Source: Nymphaea colorata (lineage: Eukaryota). Taken from it: a stretch of 64,000 nucleotides of DNA. Position numbers and translations under genes: made by a program. Position 1 is the stretch's first letter. Every line of letters begins with the position of its first letter. Of the stretch, positions 1 through 12,900 are shown piece after piece. The stretch lies in assembly GCF_008831285.2 (NCBI RefSeq), contig NC_045138.2, forward strand, positions 4,216,001 to 4,280,000, given 5' to 3'. The notes under the pieces were generated by a model that made no database searches, was not told the origin of the DNA, and worked only from the letters and a program-made list of their open reading frames with translations.

Positions 1-2773
1 TTGGGCCATGGCAGCATCTTTGAGAGGACCCCAGCACTCTATTCTGTTGAACTCTTTGGAGTTGGAGTGGAAATAGACCCACACCAAGGAATCCACCAAC
101 TCTGGGTGCTTAGAAAAGAGGGTTGAATCTCCATGGATCACTGCTTGCAGAACCTATGCTTGGCAATTTCAAAATATTTTGGGGCATACATGTTAGTATT
201 TCACAGTAAAAAAAATCGTAATAATTCATAAGCAATATTATTCATCATTATTTTTCTTCTAAATACATCGAAGATGGTACATCTCCATGTTTTTGGACAC
301 AGAGAAGTTACTCTTATGGGTTGTGTGGCATCAGGAGAGGCAGATTCATGAAACAATTCATGAAACAATAACAAGTTGTTTCAATAGTCAAACAGCCCTC
401 TTTATAGTGGGAAACCTGATCACAGTGATCTAAAACTACAATATATGATCATAATCAAAACTATTAGGTGAACTCCCTTTTTAGTTCCAAGAAAACTTCT
501 CCTAGCAAGTATGGTGAGTCTCTGCTTCACAAAAGATCACAATTACGTACCATCGAAATGGATTCTCATATCTAAATACCAATCTCATTTAATTGTATTT
601 GTGTGTGCACGCATGCATAGAATTCTCACCAGGGGAAGCTCTTTCCTGAAGATGTGGTATCTGAGCTCGGCGGCCAAGTCAAGGAGAAGGTGGCCGCCGC
701 TAACATGGCAGTGGACGTGCAGGCTCATCTCATCCCTAAACTTCTTCCACTCCGCCACCACGTCGTCCCTCTGCAATTTCTTGTACCATCCCCTCAGCTG
801 CACCACCCAAATTCCATTTTTGCATCTTCAAACGTAAAACACACACACACACACACACAGACACATATATATATATATATAAGATATTTAAATTTTTGGA
901 TGGAGAAATCATCTGGCCTCTAACAGTACGATACGTGATACATGATACACCTATACCATACATCATGTGGTATATTTAATCACACTTGTTAGATGAATGC
1001 ATTGGGTGACTGTAATTGGATGAAAATCCGGGTGAAGGATTAATTCACCTCTATATATATATATAATGGAGCTCAAATTGAAAAATTGGAAGATGATTGT
1101 ATATATATATATATATATAAAGAAAAGAACTAAGAGCTTTTTCGATGACATAGCAAAACCAGGTTTTGAAGCCAAACTTCCTTTTCCCTTCAAAACCAAG
1201 ATCTTTGAGTGTTTAGTGACATCAAAACTATGTTTTTGAAAAACTCAATTTTAACAAAAACCAGGTTTTGTAAAACGAACTGAAAAACCAGATTCTCCAG
1301 TTCATTCATAAAAAAATAGATTTTGGGTGTGTCGCTCAAACAAACCAAACTTCAAATCCCATAAAAAATTTTAGAAACTTTAAAACCCATGAAAAATTTG
1401 GTTTTCATGAAACCAAGTTTTTTACAAAACTGAATTGAATAAATAGAAGTCATCAAATGCGGTTTGAAGAAATGACCTGCTTTCTGTTGACTGTGCGCGA
1501 GACGGAGAGGGTGAGGTTGGCGGTCAAGTCGCAGTGGGTGAGGGTGTAGGTTCGAGGGGCGAACTCTGGGTGCACGGCCTTCTCCTTTCCCAGACCTCCC
1601 AAGAAGAACACCTTCAATTTTGATGCTTCGAACCCCGTGTTTGCTCCCAACAGCCTTGCAGCCTGTTACAAATGGAACAGAAAAAATAATTAATCATAAC
1701 ATATTTTAATTAACCTGTGAAACGCTGATCAACTTGATGGCAAACCAATTCAGCTGCCAACTTATTTTATTCAATTGAATAAAAATAAACATTACCATAT
1801 TAATTTTTTAAAAGTAAATTAAAATTATATAAGGAAACTCTCTAAATTGTTTTTGAAATAAAATAATGAACCGCTTTTGAAGTGTGGATCCCTGAGAACC
1901 AGACTGTGAAATGATTCAAATGAATAGATTGTGGACCCATTGAAAAGTATTCACAGGCTCTGGAAGAATGGAGGGCCCATAAGCAGCAATTCCTTAGAAA
2001 AACATCCAATTCTTTGGGTTTTCCAATGGAAGCCAAACAGTAACATCGGGAAATGTCTCCACCTTTTCAAAGGAACATTATCCTGCCTTCCGGGATTTCC
2101 AGATCCAAGGAAACAAAGTCAGAAGGAGAAACATTTTCTAAGCAAGGGATTAAGAACCCTGGCCAGTTAGGAGGCAAAAAGAGCAGGAGCCAAAGATCTG
2201 CCTCAACCTAGGCAGCAATATCAAGATAAATCTTCCTGGTATTGAGCTGATCCAAACAGCGCAGAACCACATAAAGGAAGTTGAACAGACAGAAGCAAAT
2301 GCAATTTTGTCATCTCAAAATCATACTGCATCAATCTGCAAACACATTTTGATCTGCCTTTTTGTTACAGTAGAAACAAGGTTGTGGAGTCCTCGACAGA
2401 ACATTCTGGCTTTACCTGTCCTCAGATGCATCTACTTGTCTGGATAAATGGGATAATATGGGATATTGCATTATAAACCACAATGCAATATTTTCCCAGC
2501 TTATCCCACTTTCCTGGATAAGTGGGTACTTCCCAAACTTGTCATACTCGATGAAAATCTGCTCTTTGAGAGCTGCATTCTGTTCCTACATCTACATGTA
2601 ATTGCAGAAAGCAAGAACCCGAGTCAAAGAAACGTAGAGAGAGAGAGAGAGAGCGAGATGAAGCGACTGACCTTGAGAAATAAGGACCCATCTGAGGGCT
2701 TCCTTTCAGAGGGGAGGAGGAGGCAAGAAGGCTTCACTGTTATAGCGCTCCACGGTCTTGAAGAAACAGCCAT
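1..2773 (-). CDS. SGRL: STAY-GREEN-LIKE protein (Mg-dechelatase family), 3' end outside window
   Basis: GT-AG exons 2773-2672, 1662-1477, 797-630 and 153-<1 join in frame. They give AARLLG..FEASKLKVFFLG, PRTYTLTHCDLTANLTL, QLRGWY..DDVVAEWK..LHVHCHVSG..LAAELRYHIFRKELPLVL and LVWVYFHS..FNRIECWGPLKDAA. 'HCDLTANLTL' is SGRL-type. The start ATG at 2773 is the first in-frame ATG after an upstream stop. Confidence 0.9.
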
Positions 2774-3160
2774 GGGAGCAGCAATGGCTTCCCGGGATCT
2801 CCCTTTTCTTGCTCGCCACCGCCTACAGCAATGGTGAGAAGGAAATCCATGGTCCTCCTTGACTCCCCAGATCGACCTTCATCTTCAATCTCAAGATTTC
2901 ATGTGAAGTGTGTGCGTCCTCTTCTTCTCTCTCTGTTCTTTGAGAAGTAGATGGATAAGGAAATTCAGCGGGAAGACAAAGGGGAAGATTGAGGTGTTGG
3001 ATTCTTATTGGTGGTCAAGGTTTCTCCTTCGGAGGTGGAGAGCAGAGCATGATCTTTGGTTTTTTCCTTCAACGGCGAAATGTCCAAAGCCTACCATCGA
3101 GTTAGCTAAAATCACCTAATTGGCCTCCTTGGATTATTCATGATTCAGCTCTCTTTGTGC

Positions 3161-3362
3161 TTGTGTCCTTCGCCGCTGGCTCAGTCAATGGTGATAGGTC
3201 TGGACCAACTTTGTGTCCTTCGCCGCTGGCTCAGTCAATGGTGATAGGTCTGGACCAACTTTGTGTCCTTCGCCGCTGGCTAAGTCAATGGTGATAGGTC
3301 TGGACCAACTTTGTGTCCTTCGCCGCTGGCTCAGTCAATGGTGATAGGTCTGGACCAACTTG
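3161..3362. repeat. 50-bp tandem repeat x4 upstream of SGRL
   Basis: Unit TTGTGTCCTTCGCCGCTGGCTCAGTCAATGGTGATAGGTCTGGACCAACT starts at 3161, 3211, 3261 (one C>A) and 3311. Confidence 0.95.
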
Positions 3363-4101
3363 CCTATGGATCAAGCCGCCGGCACCCAAGCCGGTTCACA
3401 TATGCATCGACTGGCAAAATGCCGATATTTTGTCGAGTGAGTAAGAGGTTAACAACCCACTATCCGAATAAGCGCCAGATCAACTCCCCCCCTCCCTCTA
3501 CCCTTGTAGTCCTAAATTGCATCTGGACCTAGTTGGCATTACTTTGTGTATCTTATTCTCAAACTTAATGGAGTGTTTGGCAGTAGGTTCACTAGAATAC
3601 TATTTTGTGAATTATTATGAAAAATTCATGAAACACTAGAGCATAGTATTTTATGAATGCACTTCAATCTTTGAAATAGATTCATGAAACATGATGTTAT
3701 GTGCTTGAGTCTTCGATAAGAACACATCGACCTTAATAGAAATGTTGTTTGTATGTTTGAAAGTAAGTCAGGCGAGCAAAGATGAGGGTTGGGGATCAAG
3801 CTGCACCGAGCTGACCAGGGTAGGCATCATGCTATCCGAACCAATTTACGTCGCGAGGCTAAACCTGGCTTGACCCAGTGTAACCAAAGTTGGCTCACTT
3901 GTTGACTGAGCCAAGTGGGTCAAGTCCATGGCCGGTCCTATTATATATGACACCGAATTAAATGGCAGGGGTTGCCCTTTGATTTGGGATTTGTGGTTGG
4001 AATTGCTGGTCCGACTGTGTGGCTAAGATGAGGTCGAGCCGTATGAGAAGAGGACGCGGGCCACGTCCTCCTGCTTCTATGGTGGCTGGACAGCGACCCA
4101 C

Positions 4102-4272
4102 TAGAGCTGGACTGAGGGAGGCTTTTTATAATCAGTTATAATGCCGTGGGCTCCATGCTCATATAGTAGAGGTGAGGTAGAGCTAAGGGCACTGAGTCTG
4201 CGAGGAGGCTTTTTGTAATGAGTTATGATGCCGTGAGCGCCGTGCTCATATAATAGAGGTGAGGTAAAAGTA
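4102..4272. repeat. Diverged ~80-bp tandem duplication
   Basis: Two copies of ACTGAG..GGAGGCTTTT..TAAT.AGTTAT.ATGCCGTG..C.CC.TGCTCATATA.TAGAGGTGAGGTA. Confidence 0.75.
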
Positions 4273-5147
4273 GGATCACTGGGTTTGGGAGGAAAAATCT
4301 CGGGGCAGAAACCAATTATTGCAACAGCTTACTCAGCATACATTCCTTTGATTTTTTTTTTTTAAATTTTATAAGATGTGTAAAATACGGCTGATGTGAG
4401 GTGAAAAAGGTTACTATATCATTTTTTATACTTATAAAAATTTAATATCTCATGTGCGCAACATATATGTGTTAAATTATTTTTCCTCATATGTGTCTCC
4501 TGTGTTTGTTTCCTAGTGTTTTGTACTGATTTCCATAAATCCGAACCATATAAATATATACAAAATATAAGAAAATATAAAAAGTAGAAAAAAAAACTGG
4601 ACAATTCAATGTTTAAATTGGATTTAACGGCTCAAAAAAAAGTTAAAACTGTAGACTTTTTATGTTTTTATGATTTAATTTCTATTTCCATCTGATTTAC
4701 ATGATTTTTTAAAGTCTATAAATCCTAACATTTTTGTATTCATCTATGTCGTTACCTTGGAAGAAAAAGTTCATAATAAATAAAAAAAATGATACATATT
4801 TTTGTTATTTAGTATCAATTCTCATATTTTCTCCATGATTTTCTCTCAACCATTCATATGCTTCAAATCAACTGCTACAAGAGATAGTCTAAGTCATCGT
4901 TCACTTATATATATATATATATATATATTGAGAAAATTAGATGGTAAAATAAGTAGAAAAATGAAACCAAACTGTATTTTGAGAAGACCAAAAATCCTTT
5001 AAAGAAAGAAAGTTTTTTCATTCTAAACCTCATGCCTTTTCAGGGGTATTTTGTTTTTTTTAAAAAAAAACAACTTGGCTTCTATTTTTTTTCAACTTAA
5101 CCTTCACTGATTTTCATAAAATCGATGGCCCAAATTATTATCATCTA

Positions 5148-5195
<48 letters not shown>

Positions 5196-6102
5196 TTGAC
5201 ATAGTACATGTACTTTTCTAATGCATGAAATAATTTTTATAAAAACCTAAAAACTAATGATCTATAGATTTTTGGCTATCACAATCAGCTTTAGGCAGCA
5301 AAATCTCATATGTGGGCCAAGAAAATACCGCCAATATTAGTTTTTCATTTCACAGAAAAGATGCCCCATATTTTGCGACTCCTCCTGCTTGTGGCTCCTC
5401 AAAATTTGGACCGCCATCTTAGTTGATGACGTGGGTTGCATCTCTTTCACTCAAACAGCCTCATTCTTATACCAAAATCAGCAACTTTCCTATGATGCTG
5501 AAAGAAACACGTTTTATGTTGGTATGTCTTCTCTTCGGTTTGAACTCGGGTCGGATATGAAGCCGAACTGTTTCAAGAAAATCTGATATGAAAAAAAAAA
5601 TTAAATCCCATTAAGAAAGCGGATCAGATTTGGATTGAAGAAATAGCGTCGATTCACATTCAGATTTGGATTCAGTTTTAAGCAAATATCTAATTAGGTT
5701 TAGAGTTGGATTCGATTTAATTTTAGATAAATATCTCATATCCAATGTGCATACAGGTTCAAAGTCAGTTGATTAATGTATCATAATGCATGTGGTTTTA
5801 ATTTGGTTGTATATTCAAAGTCAGATCCGGATTAGAATGTAAATTTGAAAGTAGGATTTGGATCAGATTGGGATCGAAAAATTAGAAGCGTATTCAAATA
5901 TGATACGAACATCTTTTTTCATTTGTGTTTGAACATGAATTTGAATCTAAATATGTGAAATTTTGAGAAATCAAATAAGGCAAAGGGGCCACCAGATTCT
6001 AGTCCGATCTGTTCACATTCGGTTCATAGGTGCAGGTACGTCAATTTTTCTCATGAAATGGCCCTTTTCTTTTCGTGCAGGAAAGTGCTTCCTCCACCAT
6101 AA

Positions 6103-6395
6103 GGTAGCGTTTGGATGACCCACTCAAAAATTTTGGTTTCTATGAAAACAAGATTTATAAAAAAATCAGTTTTTTAATCAGTTTTAGGAAAACTGATTTG
6201 TGTGTTTGAGTAATAGGACTAGAACACCCCTTTTTTTTTTTTTGAAATAATCTAGGGGATGTCAAGTTATCACTCCCCAGATTTTGTCAAAAATCTTTTT
6301 TTATGTCATCCAAATACGCCTGAAATAACATTTTTGTAAGCAAAACCATTCTTTACCTCAAAAAATTGATTTTTGAGTGCCATCCAAACGCCTCC
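6103..6395. mobile_element. Tourist/PIF-Harbinger-like MITE
   Basis: TIRs GGTAGCGTTTGGATG / CATCCAAACGCCTCC, preceded by TAA, with an AT-rich interior. Similar copies lie at ~1140-1430 and ~33230-33437. Confidence 0.55.
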
Positions 6396-8092
6396 GAAGT
6401 GATTTCACATTTACCATTAACAAAACCTAAGTAAAAAAATCTTTTTAAAATCTAAGTGCAAAATCGACTAACGCAATAATACATCATTATTATGGGGAAA
6501 AAAACACCTTAACCTAATGACTTTTGTATTCTCTTTGCAGTAATTTTAGATACTGTTATATGTTATGTCTTGCACAAGGAATACGGGTACTGGTACGGAA
6601 ATTTTTTAAATTACAGACATGGAGACACGGCAATGTTGTGTTTGTGTGTGTGCAAAATTCATTTAAAAATATGCAAATTTCTAGAATAAAATGGAAAACG
6701 TCACAAAAATACAATAAAATTACAAAAATTCCACAAAAAAATATGCAAAAGTTTACATAAAACCTGCAAAAATCAACACTGCCATGTCACCATACTCATG
6801 TTGGCATATCGGGCATGCCAACAAGGATACTGCAGTTTTCAACTATGCCCAGCAGCGGAGTCACATATGGGTAGCTGCCCACACCAGCCCCTCAACATTT
6901 TTTTTATTTTCAATTAATATTTTTTAATGTTTGGTTTGTTATATATATGAATGTTCTTTCGAATACGAAAATCTGTGAAAGGTGCTCTTTCCCAAAAAAA
7001 AAAAAATCTAGCTTCGTTCCCCAGTGGCTATGTCTGTGTTACTTCTTCAACAGTGTATCAGCCAACGGGTCGAATCAGTTGGGCACGACTTCAATTCGAA
7101 TCAGCCACTTCAGACAAGACTGGTGTTAATGGAAAACCAGACTTGGAACCAAATCAGTACCACCCATGAAAAGGTAAGTCCAAAGCCAAAATCATATTCA
7201 CAGCTGCACATCGAAACCCCGTTCAGGTGGCTTCCATCTCCAATTAGAAACACTTGCAGATCCCCATTGCTTTCCTGCAATGCTGAAAGTCGATCACCGT
7301 CAACTTAATAACCATTCAGCAACTCCAACCGCTACTGTTCTCCTGGAAAACTACTTGAACATATTAAAAACGAAAAAATCCATCCCTCCTTTCAGTAGTT
7401 CCCAGTTGTCGCTTTCTGAATAAGTGATTTAATGAATATTGAAAACACCATTACTTGGAATTATGTGATCCCTCATAAGGACGCTTGGTAACAGGAACAC
7501 TACTGCATTGGTGTTTCATGAAACCACCATAATATCATGAACTTGAACCGTGTTCCTGCCACAACTTTTCCATTTCTCACCTGCCCAATTAGCTCTGAGC
7601 TGATTGAAAAAACAACACTGCATTACAGCAGCAAACATAACATTTGCCTACCGAAGACGATCTCCGGGCCAACGCCATTTTTTCACCTGCCAATAACTCG
7701 ATTCAGATGTAGCTTCCACTTTGCAGTACCTCTACATTGAGATACTCAACAAACCACTAACAAACTCACCCCATCAAGAAAGAAAACCTCGCCCCCTTCC
7801 GTTTCGGTGCCCTTTCACAATCGGAAAATGACAGGAAAAATGAAGAATTACAAGAAAGTGTCACGGCTATCAGCAGCAGCCAGCATAAAGCAGCGAGGTT
7901 CTCGTCGTTGTTGCTCATGTATCTTTTTTAATCAATTAATTGTCTAAATTAGTTGTCTAAAATTAACATTCAAATTACTTAATGTAATAAACAAAAAAGC
8001 AAATGAATTCACCCCAGTGCAACAGCAGAGTTCAATCTCTCTCTCTCTCTCTCTCTGTGCGTGCTTGTGTGCGTGTGTGAAAGAGGGAGAGG

Positions 8093-8392
8093 GAGAGAGA
8101 TTTGTCTTTTTATATCTATCAGTGATAAAACCACTAATATGCAAGAATCGTTTTTAAGCTCCCAAAACACCTGCACACACAGAGAGAGAAACAGAGAGAG
8201 AGAGAGAGAGATTTGTCTTTTTATATCTATCAGTGATAAAACCACTAATATGCAAGAATCGTTTTTAAGCTCCCAAAACACCTGCACACACAGAGAGAGA
8301 AACAGAGAGAGAGAGAGAGAGAGAGATTTGTCTTTTTATATCTATCAGTGATGTAACCACTAATATGCAAGAATCGTTTTTAAGCTCCCAAA
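8093..8392. repeat. ~111-115 bp tandem repeat (about 2.6 copies) with embedded (GA)n
   Basis: TTTGTCTTTTTATATCTATCAGTGAT..CCACTAATATGCAAGAATCGTTTTTAAGCTCCCAAA starts at 8101, 8212 and 8327. Units differ mainly in GA-tract length. Confidence 0.9.
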
Positions 8393-8641
8393 CTGATAGG
8401 GAATGACAACATTTAGAGACTTGCTAACTTTTACAGTCAGAAACCCTAAAATTTCCCTCCTGCTGACCAACAAAACATTACCATATAGAAAATAAGAAAA
8501 GCACAAAATTAAATGCAGAACACAATATTACATTTCGTAGGGGAGGAGACAAAACCTTCGTGAAAAGAACCAAGAAATAGTGAAGAACAAAATGGACCAA
8601 CCCCTTCTTTTCCCTTTGGGTGGAGTCTGCAAAAAAGAAGA

Positions 8642-9926
8642 TTACATTGAAGACCGGTCTTCTGGCCTCCACATTGATTTCTTGACGCAGAGAAGGCCCT
8701 CTTTATCCTGGGAATAAGCCATGCGGACCTCCCATTTCATCGATTTAATCAACTCCTTAATCTGATTGATGATCTCAACATTGTCACGAACAATGAACGT
8801 GCCCTCTGGCCTCAATATGCGGTCAACCTCAGCAACAACAGAAGTGACACTGCACCTGCATTAAATATTTCAGATCTGTATGAGAAAGCCCGCAGGGCCG
8901 CAAGGCCACGGCTTTGGAACTATGCTAGGAAATGGTCCTATTGTAGATTCCACAATCGAGGATCTTTATGCTCATACCAACATGCATTAGCCAAAGGACT
9001 AACATGTGTCCTTGGACTACCACGTTCATAGACATCGACACAAAAGAAAGAAAAATAATTCATACGAAATTTTTTGTACACCAAAAAGGAAGTACAAATA
9101 CGAAATAAAATGGTCAATCTACCTAAAGAAAATCCGCAACTGTAAAAGAACGAGAACAGTTAATGCGAGAAAGAAAATGGGAATTTCAAAAGTGAGGTAA
9201 ACTAGTAAAGAATGTAGTTGAAGTCTTTAAGACAGTCTAAATGCATTTTCCAAAAGAAATAATCACTGATAAAAAAGACAAAAATATCACTGTAAAGTAC
9301 ACCTAACAAAACATGAAGACCACTGACACCAGGATAGCGAGAGGTAATATCAAAGATTATAAAGAGAGCTTAATCAGAACAAATACAGGAGAGCACCGGA
9401 TAAGTTTTGACAAAAACAAGAATATTGATATGGCAACCATAAAGATGAGAAAATCAAGATTGATTGTTCAAAATTACATCAAAAGGCAAAAATGAAAAAC
9501 TAAGGTGCCACAATAACACCATTTTGGAAAAACCGATGGAGATTAAACCTTGAGAGGTGTACTTGTTAAAATATAAATCCTTCACCAGCACGTTGAAGAG
9601 GAGTCTCTTAGGATTCCACCTCCTTGTAGAATGTGTTAAAATATTTAATGTCCTTGTAACATGTGAAGAGTCTCCTAGGATTCTATGTTATAGTTAATAT
9701 CCTTGTTATATGGGAAGTCTCCTAGGATTCTATGTTGTAGTTAATATCCTTGTAATATGTGAAGTCTCTTAGGTTTCTATGATGTAATTAATGTCCTTGA
9801 AGCTTGTGAAATCTCCTAGGATTCTACGATTGGAGACTCTTAGAATTCTGAAAATGAGATTATAAATAGAGGCCGTGCAAACCATTTTGGCTACGGCTTC
9901 TTCTCCTCAGTTTCTTCTTGTTTTCA

Positions 9927-9977
<51 letters not shown>

Positions 9978-12900
9978 CCTGCTTGAGTGCTGTTTTCGGG
10001 TTACAGATATTGGTGCTACATTTCTATCATGGTATCAGAGCGCCAGGTTACGTTATCTCTACCAAACGAAATGCCCAAACAGGTCTGATCTGGTTAGAAC
10101 TCTTTTCTCATCTTGTCTCTATCCTGAATTTACTTTTCTCTTGCGCAATTCTTGTTCCTTTTTTCTTCTTGCTTACCAAGGACACATCTTGTTATATCGT
10201 GTCTTCTTTCCCTCTCATCTTCTACCTATATACCATTCTTTTCTGCTGTCATGGAAAACCTTTCGCATTCTGGCATGTCCTCAAGTTTTCTTCCTCACCT
10301 TATTACCGAAAAACTCAACCATGAGAATTATCTGGAAAAGGCAAATCATGCCTTTCATAAGAAGTCAAGGCCTCTTTGGACATCTCGATGGTTCAACAAA
10401 GGCTCCACCAATATCCGTCTTACAGGAAATAAAAAATGAGGCAGGAGAAGTTATTGCTGTTCATGAAGACAACAATCCTGAACATGCTATGTGGATGAGA
10501 CGTGATCAAAGTCTGGTTGCGTATATTTTGTCCACTTTATCTCAACAAGTGTTACTTTCAGTTTCTGATGATTGTACTGCAGAAGAATTATGGGAAACCC
10601 TTGCTGATACCTTTTCCCAAATATCAGAAGCTCGAATTATGTACTTAAAGAAAGAATTTCAGAATTTGAGCAAAGGTTCAACGTCTATCATGGATTATTT
10701 GGGGCGTATTAAGGCCGTCGCAGACCAACTTGCTGCCTCAGGGAATAACATTTCTGATAAGGAAAAGGTGCAGCAAACCTTGAATGGACTTGGGCATGAT
10801 TATCATGCTTTTATTACAGCTCTTGAGGTCCTTCCTGTTCTGCCTTCCTTCAACGAACTACAAGGTAAACTTCTCCAACATGAAATGAATATGAAAAGAG
10901 TCATTGAAAGGACTGATCAAGGGAACTCCCAAAATGTGTTGGCTATGAATGTAAAGTTTGGTAAGAGCCATGGGAACTCCAACCATGGTGGTCGTGGCAT
11001 TCTACCAACACCACATAACCAAGGTATGTCTCCTTTGGATACTTCAAGAAAAATACCAATTTGTTTTCAGTGCAACAAGAAAGGACACATGAAGGCACAA
11101 TGTTGGTTTAATCCTCAAAATAAAAACAAAGGAGTAAGACATGATTATAAACAAGGAGGACAAAGTTCTAAATCCACCGCTGAAGATATGCAACAGCTAT
11201 TGATGGCCGCATTCTCAAAGATGACTATAAAGCAAAATGAGCAGGGAGAATGGTTCTTGGATTCAGGTGCAGCTACCCATGTGACAGGAAATGCAGGTAA
11301 ATTGACTAACTTATCCCCTCATTACGGTAGAAGTTGCATTATAACAGGTGATGGAAAATCTCATCCTATTACACATATTGGAAATGCACATATTCCATTG
11401 TCATCCTCGTCTCTATCACTGTCTAATGTTGTTCTTGCTCCCAATATCAAAAAGAACATCATATCCATTTCTAAACTCATTGATGATACAAGCTCTTCTG
11501 TTGAATTCACACCTTCTTCTGTCTATGTCAAGGACCTCCAAACGAAGAAAATGTTCGCTAGAGGGGAGCGTCAAGGGAATATGTACGTCCTCAAGGAATG
11601 TCTACCCAAGGATTCATCCACTTTTGATATAGGATTGAAGACATTTTCTCTTTCTCATAATGCGTCATCAGTGCCAAGTTCTTGCCATTTTCAATCAAAA
11701 GTAAGGGGCCCTAACCAATTTTTGGAGTCTGATTTGTGGCATAGTCGGCTAGGACACTGTGGTCGACATTTCATTGAAAAACTTGTCACAGATAGTCTCA
11801 TTCCAAGATCAAGTTTACCTCTTACTTCAAGTGTCAAAAAATGTTCAAGTTGTGGACTTTGTAAGAGTCATGTTTTACCTTTCCATAATATAAATCAAAG
11901 GGCTTCCAAACCTTTTGAAACTATTTTTTCTGATGTATGGGGGCCAGCCCCTATTGATTCCATGTCTGGGTCAAGATATTATGTCTTATTCATTGACTCT
12001 TACTCACGTTTCACCTGGATTTACTTCATGAAACACAAATCAGAAGTACCTCACATATTTCGAAACTTCTATGCCATGATTCAAACTAAATTTTCATCCA
12101 ATGTGGTGCATTTTCAATGTGATGGAGGGGGAGAATATTCCTCGCTTGATTTTATTGAATTTCTACGTGAAAAAGGGATAACTAGACAAATTTCCTGCCC
12201 TTACACACCACAACAAAATGGTGTAGTTGAGCGGAAACATCGACATATAGTTGAAAGCGCCATGAGCATGATGCATGATACTAATGTGCCCATTTCCTTG
12301 TGGACTGAAGCCTTCCATACTGCTGTATACATAATAAATTGTTTGCCTATGACACTCTTGATGTCTAAATCGCCATATTTTACACTCTTAGGCAAACAAC
12401 CTGATTACAAGAACTTGAAGGTTTTTGGTTGTGTATGCTATGTTCACGTTGATGCTGCCTTGAGGAACAAGTTTCAAGACAAAGCTATTCAATGTAGATT
12501 CGTTGGATATGCTGATGAATATAAAGGTTTTCGATGCTATGATCCAACAACTAAACGTATCAAAACTTCAAGAAATGTCATTTTTGATGAACATAGTTTT
12601 GATAATACAAATGAAATGCCTATGACCATTGAATCTTATGATCCCTGGACCAGTACACAGTTATTCAATGCAGATCCTGTTATAGAAAATGATGTGCCTC
12701 AAAGTGAAGATTCAGAGAGAGCAATACAACCGTCGGATATGGCTCAAAGTGAAAATCAAGAAGATCCAACACAGTCATTAAGTCATCACGAAAACAATAA
12801 TGAACAGAGCAACGATGCACATCGGTATTCGGGTCTTATCTACAGTCGACGACTAAGGGACAGAGATGCTCACAGTGAAGAAGACAACATGCCCCACCTT

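Noticed and set aside
3161..3362. CRISPR-like array
   Set aside because: The units are contiguous with no unique spacers, there are no cas genes, and the context is plant nuclear DNA.
6947..7920. Short overlapping ORFs as an extra gene
   Set aside because: No recognisable motifs and no consistent exon chain.
10141..10320. N-terminal 60 aa of the 1473-aa Copia ORF
   Set aside because: It starts at TTG and has no gag motif; the real gag start is in another frame at 10251.
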